From contig UYFQ01000032.1 in assembly GCA_900617105.1 (NCBI GenBank), positions 186,001 to 250,000 of the forward strand: DNA of 64,000 bases, read 5' to 3'. A program made the translations under genes and the position numbers. The notes beneath the pieces were generated by a model that made no database searches, had not been told where the DNA came from, and saw only the letters and a program-made list of their open reading frames with translations. This DNA comes from Hydrurus foetidus. Lineage: Eukaryota. Below, piece after piece: positions 37,215 through 47,109 of the stretch (position 1 is the first letter of the stretch; the number at the start of each line of letters is the position of its first letter).

Positions 37215-37397
37215 CTACGGAATCACCGCGTTAATCACAGCCCCCGTCGCCTTAACACCCGTTTTAACCACCGTGGCACCCGTCGTAACGACGGCATCGG
37301 CCACCGCAATCACTGCGCAGCCGCTGCACAGCAGCAAGGCTACAACGGCCAATGCGGCGATGGTTGATTTTTTTGTCCCTTGCGTCTTCGATTTCAT
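37215..37397 (-). CDS. Small lipoprotein
   Basis: Lipobox-like LCSGC; AVIAVADAVV...VKTGVKATGAV; start overlaps the upstream stop codon. Confidence 0.65.
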   Translation of the reverse strand: MKSKTQGTKKSTIAALAVVALLLCSGCAVIAVADAVVTTGATVVKTGVKATGAVINAVIP

Positions 37398-38743
37398 GGT
37401 GTCTCTCGGGTTAATGTGGGTTCAAGTTTAAGGGGCAAAGGCGACTCGTCCAGCAGTGACACATGCCGCGCCAGCACCTTGTCGATGCGCCGCCCGTCCA
37501 AGCTCACCACTTCAAACACCCAATCGCCACACTCCATGTGCTCGCCGACGATGGGCAAGTGGCCGGAGATGGCCATCAGCAGACCCGCTACCGTGTTGTA
37601 GCGGCCTTTGTCTTCATCGGGCAGCGCGTCAATTGACAAGCGGGATTTGAGTTCGGCGACAGGCATCAGCCCGGCCAGCTGCCAAGAGCGGTCAGCTTGC
37701 TGGATGGCCCAGGTTTCGCTTTGCTCTTCAGACTGCAATTCGCCAGTGATGGCTTCAAGCAGGTCGCGGGGCGTCATCACGCCTTGCAGCACCCCGTATT
37801 CATCGACCACAAACACCAAACGGCTGGCCTTGGCACGAAACTGCTCCAGCAGTTCCATACCGGTCAGCGTCTCGGGCACGTAGGTGGGCGTGAGGGCGTG
37901 GACGGCGATGGGGTCGGTGTGCTGCGCCCCCAATTCAAGCAAGCGGGTGACGCTGATGATGCCAACGATCTCATCCAAATCCCCACGACACACGGGGAAC
38001 CACGAGTGGGCAAGGTTTTCGCCCATAGCGCCTACTAATTCAAGACTTTTCGCTACAGAATTTGAAGCATCCAGCCACATCACATCGGAGCGTGGCACCA
38101 TCAGCGAGGCGAGGTTGCGGTCGTCCAGGTGGAACACGTTTTGCACCATTTGGTGCTCATTTTCTTCTATCAAACCGGCATCAACGCCCTCTTCCAGGCT
38201 GGCGGAGATTTCCTCTTCGGTCACTGCGCGAATGTTTTGAGTGTCGATGCGCAACAGGTGCAGCACGCCAGCGGTGGTGCTGGAAAGCAGCTTGACGAAC
38301 GGTCCCGCCACCACAGACAGCCAGTGCATCACAGGGGCCAACCAGCGGGCCATCGTCTCTGGGTAGAGTTGGCCAATGCGCTTGGGCACCAGCTCGCCAA
38401 AGATGATGGTAACAAAGGTGATGAGTGTGACGACAACGGCGGTGGCGGTGATGTCAGCCGCTTTTTCCGCCATACCGAAACCCGTTAACCAGTACTGCAC
38501 GCCTGCACTGAAGGCCGCTTCGCCCAAAATACCGTTCAACATGCCAATCGACGTGATGCCCACCTGCACTGTGGAGAGGAACTTCGTGGGCTGCGCCATC
38601 AGGTTGAGCGCGGCCTGCGCTCCCTTGTCACCGGCCTCTGCCATCGCCCCCAGCCGGGCTTTGCGACTGGACGAGAGGGCCATCTCAGACATGGCGAACA
38701 CGCCATTGAGCAGGGTTAACAGGGCTATCAGCAAAAAATCCAT
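37394..38743 (-). CDS. HlyC/CorC (CNNM-CBS) family membrane protein
   Basis: NGVFAMSEMA, FLSTVQVGIT, GELVPK, VVDEYG. Confidence 0.9.
   Translation of the reverse strand: MDFLLIALLTLLNGVFAMSEMALSSSRKARLGAMAEAGDKGAQAALNLMAQPTKFLSTVQVGITSIGMLNGILGEAAFSAGVQYWLTGFGMAEKAADITATAVVVTLITFVTIIFGELVPKRIGQLYPETMARWLAPVMHWLSVVAGPFVKLLSSTTAGVLHLLRIDTQNIRAVTEEEISASLEEGVDAGLIEENEHQMVQNVFHLDDRNLASLMVPRSDVMWLDASNSVAKSLELVGAMGENLAHSWFPVCRGDLDEIVGIISVTRLLELGAQHTDPIAVHALTPTYVPETLTGMELLEQFRAKASRLVFVVDEYGVLQGVMTPRDLLEAITGELQSEEQSETWAIQQADRSWQLAGLMPVAELKSRLSIDALPDEDKGRYNTVAGLLMAISGHLPIVGEHMECGDWVFEVVSLDGRRIDKVLARHVSLLDESPLPLKLEPTLTRETP
38028..38069 (-). repeat. Intragenic 42-bp bipartite motif, copy in HlyC/CorC gene
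   Basis: TGCT-TCAAATTCTGT-AGCG-AAAAG-TCT-TGAATTAGTAG-GCGC followed by TATGGGCGAAAA. Confidence 0.65.
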
Positions 38744-38766
38744 AGTTCACAAGCGAAAATAAACAC

Positions 38767-39612
38767 ATGGCACTCTACCTTATTGGCGATCTGCAAGGCT
38801 GCGACGGCGCACTTGCACAGTTACTGGCAAAAATCGACTTTTCACCGAGCCGAGACACGCTGTTTTTCTTAGGTGATTTGGTCAACCGAGGGCCAGATTC
38901 AGCGGGGGTATTGCGCCGCTTGATGGCCTTGGGCGGTGCAGCACAGTGCCTGCTGGGCAACCACGACATGCACCTGCTGGCCGCCGCTGAGGGCGTGCGC
39001 AAACCAGGCCGCTTGGACACATTGCAAACTGTGCTGGACGCGCCTGACCGGGAGGCCATGTTGCTATGGGTGCGCCACCAGCGAATGGCCATCTTGAAAA
39101 ATGACTGTTTAATGGTTCATGCAGGCGTATTACCAGCGTGGACAGCTACTGAAACAATAGCATTGGCGAATGAAGTCGAAACCGTGCTGCAAAGCCGCGA
39201 CCTGCCTGCTTTCTTGCGTGAGATGTATGGCAACCAACCCGCCGCGTGGGATGCGCAGTTGACAGGCCACACCCGGCTGCGCGTGATCGTGAACGCCTTG
39301 ACGCGGCTGCGCTACTGCACGGCTGAGGGCGCGATGGCCTTTGAAACCCCAGCCATGGGCCTGCCCGCAGACAACGCTGAAGGCTTGATGCCGTGGTTTG
39401 ACACACCCCACCGCCAAACGGCGAACGTCACCGTCGCGTTTGGGCATTGGTCTACCTTGGGGTGGCTGCCTGACAGACCGAACCTGCTTTCGCTGGATTC
39501 GGGCTGCGTGTGGGGCGGCAAGTTGAGTGCGCTGAAACTGGGCGCTACGGTGTCAGACCGTGAGTTGATACAGGTGCAGTGTGCGCAATCACAAGCACCG
39601 GGGAACGATTAA
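38767..39612 (+). CDS. apaH: Symmetrical bis(5'-nucleosyl)-tetraphosphatase
   Basis: IGDLQGC, GDLVNRGPDS, LGNHD, FGHWS, LDSGCVWG. Confidence 0.95.
   Translation: MALYLIGDLQGCDGALAQLLAKIDFSPSRDTLFFLGDLVNRGPDSAGVLRRLMALGGAAQCLLGNHDMHLLAAAEGVRKPGRLDTLQTVLDAPDREAMLLWVRHQRMAILKNDCLMVHAGVLPAWTATETIALANEVETVLQSRDLPAFLREMYGNQPAAWDAQLTGHTRLRVIVNALTRLRYCTAEGAMAFETPAMGLPADNAEGLMPWFDTPHRQTANVTVAFGHWSTLGWLPDRPNLLSLDSGCVWGGKLSALKLGATVSDRELIQVQCAQSQAPGND
39121..39162 (-). repeat. Intragenic 42-bp bipartite motif, copy in apaH
   Basis: TGCT-ATTGTTTCAGT-AGCT-GTCCA-CGC-TGGTAATACGC-CTGC. Confidence 0.65.
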
Positions 39613-39618
39613 GCGGCT

Positions 39619-41148
39619 TTAAGCCTCCGCCACCGCCTCAACCACCAGCGCAGGTGGCGTATGCACAATCACCGTGTGCGCTGAAAACAAAGCCGCCATC
39701 TTTCGTTTGGGCTTGATGTTCGCTGACACACCGCGCACAGCCGCTTTGGTGGTGGCTTCCCAAGCCGCAGCCGCCACCGCGGTGGCGGCTTCGTAAGGTT
39801 TGTCAAAAAACGGATCGCGGTTGACGGGTGCGGGCACAAAGCCACCCCGGCGGCCACGACCATCGCTGCCGTGGCGGGGTTCGCGGTGGTTTTGCAAAGG
39901 CTCGACGTAGCGCACGGCCGGTTGTTGAGCCGTGTCGATGTTGTCGCGCGGATCGTCTTCGCCCCAATGGCGGCGGCCCGTGTTGATGCGGCCTTTGGGC
40001 TGGTCTTCTTCGTACTCAACGGCTTCGAGGTCGATTTTCTTTTTCAGCAGCTTTTCCAAGTCAACCACCAAGCGCTGATCGCTGGCGGTGACGAAGGTGA
40101 TGGCAATGCCTGACGCGCCTGCCCGGCCCGTGCGTCCAATGCGGTGAACGTAGTCTTCGGCATTAAACGGGATGTCAAAGTTAAACACCGCTGGCACGTC
40201 TTTGATGTCCAAGCCACGGGCGGCCACGTCGGTGGCGATGAGCAAATCAACTTCGCCTTTTTTGAACGATTCCAAGGCCTTCAAACGCTCGTCTTGGCTC
40301 TTGTCACCGTGCAATGCGGTGGTGCGCAGACCTTCGCGCTCCAAGGAGCGGGCCAAACGGGCACAGCCGAGTTTGCTGTTCACAAACACGAAAGCCTGGG
40401 TGATGCCGTTCTTTTTGATCAGCGTTTTCAGGGCATGGCGCTTGTCGTCATCGACCACGCTGTAAAAATGCTGCGTCACGGTGGACGCGGTTTCGTTCGG
40501 GCGGGCGACTTCAATCGTCACCGGGTCTTGCAAGTAGCTAGAGGCCAAACGCTTGATCTCGGGCGAGAACGTGGCCGAGAACAACAAGGTGGTGCGCTGC
40601 TTGGGCAGGTAGCTCAGTATGCGCTGCAAATCAGGCAAGAAACCGATGTCCAGCATGCGGTCAGCTTCATCAAGCACCACGTACTCGACTTGGTTCAGCA
40701 CGCAGTTTTTAGCTTCGATGTGGTCGAGCAAGCGGCCCGGCGTGGCAACGAGCACCTCAACACCGGCTTTGAGTTCCAGCGTTTGGGGTTTCATGTCCAT
40801 GCCGCCAAACACCACGGCACAACGCAGGTTGGTGTGCTTGGCGTAGAGCTTGACCTGCTGAGCCACCTGATCGGCGAGTTCGCGGGTGGGCAGCAGCACC
40901 AGGGCACGCACCGGGTGGCGGGCGGGCGAGGTGGAGCTGTTGTTGTGCGCCATCATGCGCTGGAGCAAAGGGAGCGAGAACGCTGCCGTCTTGCCGGTGC
41001 CGGTTTGCGCGGCACCCATCACATCCTTGCCGGTCAACACCACTGGAATGGCCTGCGCTTGGATGGGGGTCATGAATTCGTAGCCCATATCGGCTACGGC
41101 ACGTGCCAGCGGTTCCGCCAGCTGTAAATTAGAAAAAGATTGGGTCAT
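39619..41148 (-). CDS. DEAD-box RNA helicase (RhlE-like)
   Basis: Q motif, GTGKT, PTRELA, DEAD, SAT, HRIGRTGR. Confidence 0.95.
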   Translation of the reverse strand: MTQSFSNLQLAEPLARAVADMGYEFMTPIQAQAIPVVLTGKDVMGAAQTGTGKTAAFSLPLLQRMMAHNNSSTSPARHPVRALVLLPTRELADQVAQQVKLYAKHTNLRCAVVFGGMDMKPQTLELKAGVEVLVATPGRLLDHIEAKNCVLNQVEYVVLDEADRMLDIGFLPDLQRILSYLPKQRTTLLFSATFSPEIKRLASSYLQDPVTIEVARPNETASTVTQHFYSVVDDDKRHALKTLIKKNGITQAFVFVNSKLGCARLARSLEREGLRTTALHGDKSQDERLKALESFKKGEVDLLIATDVAARGLDIKDVPAVFNFDIPFNAEDYVHRIGRTGRAGASGIAITFVTASDQRLVVDLEKLLKKKIDLEAVEYEEDQPKGRINTGRRHWGEDDPRDNIDTAQQPAVRYVEPLQNHREPRHGSDGRGRRGGFVPAPVNRDPFFDKPYEAATAVAAAAWEATTKAAVRGVSANIKPKRKMAALFSAHTVIVHTPPALVVEAVAEA

Positions 41149-41278
41149 ATGTAGCCTTCGATTGTCGCACCGTCAGCGCAGTGCAGCATTTTTATCGCGT
41201 TTTGAGAGCACTGGGGTGTCCGTTTTTGGTAACTTTGAGCCACCCTGCGCCGTGAATGCATTGATTTACAGTGCTGCT

Positions 41279-41992
41279 ATGTTGCACCCCATACCCCTCC
41301 CTACGCCTGCCCACCCACTCACCGCGCCCTGCGTTTTACTGACCGGGTTCGATCCATTTGGCGGGATGCACGTCAACCCAAGCTGGCAAGCGGTGCAAGC
41401 CTTGGCAGGCCGCGTAATCGCCGGACACAGGGTGATCGCAGCGCAGTTGCCCACTGAATTTGGCACATCGCTACAGTGCCTTGACGCGCTTTTACTGAAG
41501 CACATCCCCGCCCTGGTGCTGTGCACAGGGCAGGCCAGCAGCCGCAGCGGCATCTCAATAGAGCGCGTCGCCATCAACGTGAACGATGCCCGCATCCCTG
41601 ACAACGTGGGCTACCAGCCGGTAGATATGCAAGTGGAAACCACTGGCCCCGCCGCCTACTTCAGCACGCTACCGATCAAAGCGATACTGCGAGCCTTACA
41701 GCAGGAAAGTATTGCGGCTGAGATTTCACAAACGGCGGGCACTTTTGTCTGCAACCATGTGTTTTATGGGCTACTGCACCGTTTGGCGACGCTGAACACA
41801 CTGAACAAACGGGTGGGTGCACCCGTGCGAGGTGGCTTCATCCACGTCCCCGCGCTACCCGAACAAGTGAACGACCCAGCGCGTGACCCTCACATGCCGC
41901 TGACGCAGATCGTGCAAGGGCTGCGGGTGGCGGTACAGGCCGCTTTGACGCACACCACCGATGTGACGCTGGTAGCAGGTGCGCTGGACTGA
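41279..41992 (+). CDS. pcp: Pyroglutamyl-peptidase I
   Basis: LTGFDPFGG, ERVAIN, AGTFVCN, FIHVP. Confidence 0.92.
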   Translation: MLHPIPLPTPAHPLTAPCVLLTGFDPFGGMHVNPSWQAVQALAGRVIAGHRVIAAQLPTEFGTSLQCLDALLLKHIPALVLCTGQASSRSGISIERVAINVNDARIPDNVGYQPVDMQVETTGPAAYFSTLPIKAILRALQQESIAAEISQTAGTFVCNHVFYGLLHRLATLNTLNKRVGAPVRGGFIHVPALPEQVNDPARDPHMPLTQIVQGLRVAVQAALTHTTDVTLVAGALD

Positions 41993-42015
41993 GCCCACAG
42001 CCCCCAAGGACTGAC

Positions 42016-42999
42016 TCAGAGCTTGATGCCAGCCCCCTTCACTGCGGGCCCCAGGACAGCGACCTGATCTTTAACCAGGGTATTGAACGCCGCCACCGAA
42101 ATGGGTGCTGCGGCGATGCCTAGGTCCAAGAGCTTGGTTTTAACTTCTGGCATCAGCAAAATCTCATTGCAGATGGAATTCAGCCGCGTAACCATGTCAG
42201 CAGGTAATTTGGAAGGGCCGCTCAGGCCAAAGAAATTTTCCAATTGCAGCTTTCTGTAGCCCAACTCCGCAACTGTGGGTACGTCCGGCATGAGAGGTGA
42301 GCGCGCAGGCGAGGTAACGGCCAAGGGCCGCAATTGGCCACTTTTGAAGAACGGCACATAGGCGGTAATCACATCAATCCCAACAGGAATGACCCCGGCA
42401 ATCAAATCCGTCGTCATGGGTGCGCCCCCACGGTAAGGCACATGAACCAGATTCACGCCCATCACCCTTTTCATTAACTCGCCATGGATATGACCAATAG
42501 AGCCGGGGCCACCAGAGCCAAAGTCCAAGCGTCCCAGTTTGCGCGCTTGGGCCTCCAGATCAACCACGGTATTCATATTCGAATGGGGGTTGCCCATGAT
42601 GATCAACGGTGCAGCGCCCAGGTAGGCGATGTGGGTGAAAGCTTCAACCGGGTCATACGGTTGCTTTTCCAAAGTAAACGGCCCCAGCGCAATGGGCGTA
42701 CTGTTTGACAGCATGAGGGTGTAACCGTCAGCTGGTGCATTGGCGACAAACGTCCCTCCAATGGTGCCGCCGGCACCGGGACGGTTATCGACCACCACAC
42801 TCTGCCCCAGTTTTTTACCCAACTGCTCAGCCACCACACGCGCCAGGATGTCACTGGCACCACCCGGTGGGAAGGTGACAATGATTTTGATCGGTTTGTC
42901 CGGCCAGAGGGCCAGCGCAGGCAGTGAAACACAAGCAGCGCCAGCCGCCAAAAACTTCAACGCGGCACGACGAGACGATGAGGTGTAGGGTTTGTTCAT
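42016..42999 (-). CDS. Bug/TctC substrate-binding protein
   Basis: PPGGASD, DNRPGAGG, HVPYRG. Confidence 0.9.
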   Translation of the reverse strand: MNKPYTSSSRRAALKFLAAGAACVSLPALALWPDKPIKIIVTFPPGGASDILARVVAEQLGKKLGQSVVVDNRPGAGGTIGGTFVANAPADGYTLMLSNSTPIALGPFTLEKQPYDPVEAFTHIAYLGAAPLIIMGNPHSNMNTVVDLEAQARKLGRLDFGSGGPGSIGHIHGELMKRVMGVNLVHVPYRGGAPMTTDLIAGVIPVGIDVITAYVPFFKSGQLRPLAVTSPARSPLMPDVPTVAELGYRKLQLENFFGLSGPSKLPADMVTRLNSICNEILLMPEVKTKLLDLGIAAAPISVAAFNTLVKDQVAVLGPAVKGAGIKL

Positions 43000-43048
43000 A
43001 GCATTTACCTAAAGCACAAAATGTGCCATCAAAATACCAGGAGCGCCA

Positions 43049-43588
43049 TTAGTGCAAACGATCAAGTGCCCATTCTGCATCGCGCAGCTGATCTCGGGCG
43101 CGGCGCTGGCGGCGGTCGGTATCTGACAAATCTTCACGCAGCCGTTTACGGGCATCGTCAGTGGTGGCAGCGCGCAATTTACGCTCCAAATCCACACTGC
43201 GGTTGTCCAAGCTGCGCAACTGCTGACGCATGTCATAAACCTCACGACCCATGTCAAAGCGGCGGTGAAACTCGCCGTCGATAGTGGCGGGGCAAGCCCC
43301 TCGGTAAGTTTGGCCAGCCAGTCCCAAACGAGGTGCATTGTCCAGCTGGCAATAAGTGATGAGGCCTTGATCGCGGCCTTGCAAGTACGCGCGGGTATCA
43401 ACGGCTACTTTGGCCTCTGCGCAGTCTTTGGCCAGATCATTGAGCTTGGCCAGCGGCTCACCCGCTAGACCATCACGCAAGCCCACATCTCCCCACCGGG
43501 CTACCTTGCACTCCTCAACCGACATGCTGGCGCAACCGCTAAGCACCATCAGCATCAACACAATGAAATAACGCAGCAATCGCTTCAT
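43049..43588 (-). CDS. DUF2799-like lipoprotein
   Basis: Lipobox LSGC, MSVEEC...WGDVGLRDG, C-terminal coiled coil. Confidence 0.75.
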   Translation of the reverse strand: MKRLLRYFIVLMLMVLSGCASMSVEECKVARWGDVGLRDGLAGEPLAKLNDLAKDCAEAKVAVDTRAYLQGRDQGLITYCQLDNAPRLGLAGQTYRGACPATIDGEFHRRFDMGREVYDMRQQLRSLDNRSVDLERKLRAATTDDARKRLREDLSDTDRRQRRARDQLRDAEWALDRLH

Positions 43589-43614
43589 GGCTCATTCTCT
43601 CAAGGTCTCAAGGG

Positions 43615-44607
43615 CTACAAGGTCAAAATCGTGCAACCCGTGGTTTGACGGGCTTCCAGCGCGATGTGGGCTTGCTGCACATCGGCCAAGGCAAAACGCT
43701 GGTCAATGCGAATGTTGACTTGCCCGCTGCTGACCACGGCAAACAAATCGTCCGCCATCGCCTGCGTGTTGGAACGCGAAGTGATGTGCGCAAACAGGGT
43801 TTGCCGGGTGACGTAAATCGAGCCTTTGGCCGCCAAAATACCGGGTGCGAACGGGGGCACCACGCCTGAGGCGTTGCCAAAGCTGGCCATCAGGCCGAAG
43901 GGCGCGAGGCAGTCCAGCGATTTGTCCCAGGTGTCTTTGCCTACCGAGTCATACACCACCTTCACGCCTTTGCCGCCGGTGATCTCTTTCACGCGGGCGG
44001 CAAAATCTTCGGTGGCGTAGTTGATGGTGTGGGCGGCACCGTGGGCTGCAGCCAGTGCGCACTTGGCATCAGAGCCTGCGGTGCCAATCAGCTGCAAACC
44101 CATGGCTTTAGCCCACTGGCAAGCGATCAGCCCCACGCCCCCAGCAGCGGCATGGAACAACACAAAGTCCCCGGCATTCAGCCCGCCTTGGGGCAAGGTG
44201 CGCTTAAGCAGGTACTGGGCCGTCAAGCCCTTGAGCATCATGGCCGCACCGGTCTCAAAGCTGATGGCATCGGGCAGTTTGCACACGTTCATGGCAGGCA
44301 TCACCCGCATGGTGCAGTACGAACCGGGTGGGTTGCTGGCATAGGCGGCGCGGTCGCCCACCTGCAAATGGGTCACGCCCTCGCCCACCGCGTCCACCAC
44401 GCCAGCGGCTTCCATGCCGAGTTGCAGCGGCATGGTCTGGGGATAAACGCCAGAGCGCTGGTACACATCGATGAAGTTCAGGCCAATCGCGTGGTGGCGG
44501 ATGCGGATTTGGCCAGGGCCGGGTTCGCCCACGCTGACATCGACCAGCTGGAGTTGCTCTGGGCCGCCGTGTTGCTCAATGCGTACTGCTTGGGTCATGA
44601 AACTCAT
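43615..44607 (-). CDS. qor: NADPH:quinone oxidoreductase (zeta-crystallin type)
   Basis: GLNFIDVYQRSG, HAAAGGVG, VVYDSVG. Confidence 0.9.
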   Translation of the reverse strand: MSFMTQAVRIEQHGGPEQLQLVDVSVGEPGPGQIRIRHHAIGLNFIDVYQRSGVYPQTMPLQLGMEAAGVVDAVGEGVTHLQVGDRAAYASNPPGSYCTMRVMPAMNVCKLPDAISFETGAAMMLKGLTAQYLLKRTLPQGGLNAGDFVLFHAAAGGVGLIACQWAKAMGLQLIGTAGSDAKCALAAAHGAAHTINYATEDFAARVKEITGGKGVKVVYDSVGKDTWDKSLDCLAPFGLMASFGNASGVVPPFAPGILAAKGSIYVTRQTLFAHITSRSNTQAMADDLFAVVSSGQVNIRIDQRFALADVQQAHIALEARQTTGCTILTL

Positions 44608-44752
44608 AAAAAATTCCTGGGTTGTGAAACTGGAAAGCAAAACCGAAAGGCAGAAGACTTAAAAGGCGGACAAAATTCGGTTTTCGCAGTTTACTGAAAC
44701 GCACTCAAGCATGCTGCATCCTGTTTTGGTGTCAGTTTGTGATAATCACGGC

Positions 44753-46198
44753 ATGAGCAAACCCCAGGTCACCTTCGCACTTCAACGGTCGTCCACAGAG
44801 ATCGGTTTAGCACTCCCTCTCGCCTTGGGTTTGGGCTTGATCAGTGCGGTACTGCCCAGTCTGGCGCAAACGGTGCAAGGCATCCCCAGCGATCAACGGG
44901 TAAGCACCCGCAACAACGTCGCCCTGCGTTCTTCGCCTGACAGCGCGGGCCGCATCGTGATGATGGTGCCCCCTCAGACTGCCCTGGAAACATTGCCTGG
45001 CCGCTTTGGCCCCTGGCTGCAAGTGCGTACCGCCCAGGGCGTGGTGGGCTGGTTGCAGTCGCTGGATGTGAATGCCACTCTGCGGCCTGCCACCGCCTTC
45101 ACGCCGGTATTCACACGCCCAGCACCTGATCCCGTCAGCCCGGCCCCCATCAAAGGCGCCGTACGCTCCGACCGTGCGCTGGACACACTGCGTGCCATCA
45201 GCACAGCCGAAAATGCGCCCCGCATGACAGCCCCGTCAGTCGCCTTGACGCAACCCTCTTCAGCCCCGTTGTTGACCAGCCCGGCAACCGATACCACCGC
45301 TGGCCTGAGCGCAGGAACAAGAGCATCTGAGGGCATGGCCGCCGTGATGACCGTCACAGCACCTCAACCTGTCGCTGACGGCCCAAACAGAGCCAATGCG
45401 CGCTTGCTGGAGGCGCAAACCTACCGCACCGCCTCTGAAGAAGCCCGCAAATTCGCCTTTAATGCAGGCCTAGAGCGGGTCAAGCTGCCCCCCAACTTAT
45501 TGGCAACCAGCACCGCAACACCCAACGCTGAACAGGTTGCCCTCACACGCGAAGCGGGTGCAGCGAGCGACACGCCTAAGAATGACACCGCTGACAGCGC
45601 AGCCCTGGCCTTGCTGACCGACACCCCGCTGAGCAGTGACATCACCCTGCAGGTGTACGTGAATCTGCTAGGCCGGTGGCTCAGCTTGGAATCAGCCCAA
45701 CCGGACAGCCCGTGGACGTTTGTTGTGCTCGACAGCCCCAAAGCCCAAACCTACGCCTTGCCAGGTAGTTATGTGTTCATCACCCAAGGCTTGCTGAGCA
45801 AGCTGAGCACCGAAGCCGAATTGGCCAGCGTGCTCGCACATGGCATTGCTCTCGTTGCCGACGAGCACAAGCTGCAAGCCCTGCGCACCGACGACACACT
45901 GGAAGCTGATCGCAGCAGTGTCGTGCTGCTGACCCGCAGTGGGTTCAACCCCAAAACCATCGCCAACACGCTCAAACTGATGAGCGCACGCGCTCAAGAA
46001 AAAACCCTGTGGTCAGCACTGATTGGCCCTGACAGCCTGACCAAACAGCGCTTAAAGGCTTTGAGCAACTTCATGGGCACGCGGTTTGACGAGTTCCCCC
46101 GCAACGCAAACAAGGCCGCCAGCATCCGCATTGCCCAGCGTTTGAGCGAACTCAACACGCCCAATAACCTTGCGGCCAGCACGGCACTGGCGCAATAG
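44753..46198 (+). CDS. Exported SH3 plus degenerate M48 peptidase-like fusion protein
   Basis: SH3-like (LRSSP...WLQVR...GW); ALPG..VFITQGLL, ELASVLAHGIALV (HExxH lost), EADR. Confidence 0.7.
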   Translation: MSKPQVTFALQRSSTEIGLALPLALGLGLISAVLPSLAQTVQGIPSDQRVSTRNNVALRSSPDSAGRIVMMVPPQTALETLPGRFGPWLQVRTAQGVVGWLQSLDVNATLRPATAFTPVFTRPAPDPVSPAPIKGAVRSDRALDTLRAISTAENAPRMTAPSVALTQPSSAPLLTSPATDTTAGLSAGTRASEGMAAVMTVTAPQPVADGPNRANARLLEAQTYRTASEEARKFAFNAGLERVKLPPNLLATSTATPNAEQVALTREAGAASDTPKNDTADSAALALLTDTPLSSDITLQVYVNLLGRWLSLESAQPDSPWTFVVLDSPKAQTYALPGSYVFITQGLLSKLSTEAELASVLAHGIALVADEHKLQALRTDDTLEADRSSVVLLTRSGFNPKTIANTLKLMSARAQEKTLWSALIGPDSLTKQRLKALSNFMGTRFDEFPRNANKAASIRIAQRLSELNTPNNLAASTALAQ

Positions 46199-46213
46199 TT
46201 GGCAGACAGATGG

Positions 46214-47011
46214 TCAGTACGTACCGGGGTATGCACCGCCGTCCAGCAGCATGTTTTGACCGGTGATGTAGCCCGCTTGCTGGCTGCACAAAAACGCACA
46301 GGCCGCACCAAACTCTTCGGGTGTGCCAAAGCGCTGGGCAGGAATCGTCTTTTTGCGCGCCTCCAAAACCACGTCTATGTTTTGACCTGATTTCTGGGCT
46401 GCGCCCTTCATGGTGGTTTTCAGGCGGTCGGTGTCAAAAGCACCGGGCAGCAGGTTGTTCAATGTGACATTCGCCGCTGCCAACTTGGGGTTACGCGCCA
46501 CACCGGCGACAAAACCCGTCAAACCACTGCGGGCACCGTTGGACAAACCCAAAATATCAATAGGCGCTTTCACCGAACTGGAGGTGATGTTGACGATGCG
46601 CCCAAAGCCCCGCGCCACCATACCATCTACCGTGGATTTGATCAGTTCGATGGGCGTCAGCATATTGGCGTCCACCGCTTTGAGCCAAGCCTCGCGGTCC
46701 CAATCCCGAAAATCACCGGGCGGTGGGCCACCGGCATTCGTCACCACGATATCGAAATCTTGGCGTACAGCAAAGACCGCCGCACGGCCTTCAACGGTGG
46801 TTATGTCTGCAGCAACAAAAAGCACGTCAGCGCTTGATTTACCAGCGTTAGCTGCAATCATTTTGATTGCAGCAGCCTCCAAGGCTTCAGCGCCCCGAGC
46901 CACCAACAGCACGTTAACGCCCTCAGCCGACAGCGCCTGTGCGCAGCCCCAACCCAGCCCTTTGCTGGCCCCACACACCAAAGCCCATTTGCCTGCGATT
47001 CCGAGATCCAT
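46214..47011 (-). CDS. SDR family oxidoreductase
   Basis: GASKGLG, TNAGGP, GYITGQNMLLDGG. Confidence 0.9.
   Translation of the reverse strand: MDLGIAGKWALVCGASKGLGWGCAQALSAEGVNVLLVARGAEALEAAAIKMIAANAGKSSADVLFVAADITTVEGRAAVFAVRQDFDIVVTNAGGPPPGDFRDWDREAWLKAVDANMLTPIELIKSTVDGMVARGFGRIVNITSSSVKAPIDILGLSNGARSGLTGFVAGVARNPKLAAANVTLNNLLPGAFDTDRLKTTMKGAAQKSGQNIDVVLEARKKTIPAQRFGTPEEFGAACAFLCSQQAGYITGQNMLLDGGAYPGTY
46830..46871 (-). repeat. Intragenic 42-bp bipartite motif, copy in SDR gene
   Basis: TGCA-ATCAAAATGAT-TGCA-GCTAA-CGC-TGGTAAATCAA-GCGC. Confidence 0.65.
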
Positions 47012-47109
47012 GTTTGTCCTTTGCGTCCAAGATGACGTGTTGAACAGGGATGATACGGTCATCCAGCAAAGGGGACAGGCTTGTGAGGATTTGGCCTTTT
47101 TAGCCCTTG

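Noticed and set aside
40144..41127. Long antisense or alternate-frame ORFs (e.g. 40144-41127, 6016-6960, 31453-32307, 54230-55075, 9130-10065)
   Set aside because: They shadow well-supported genes, which is common in GC-rich DNA, and show no recognisable motifs
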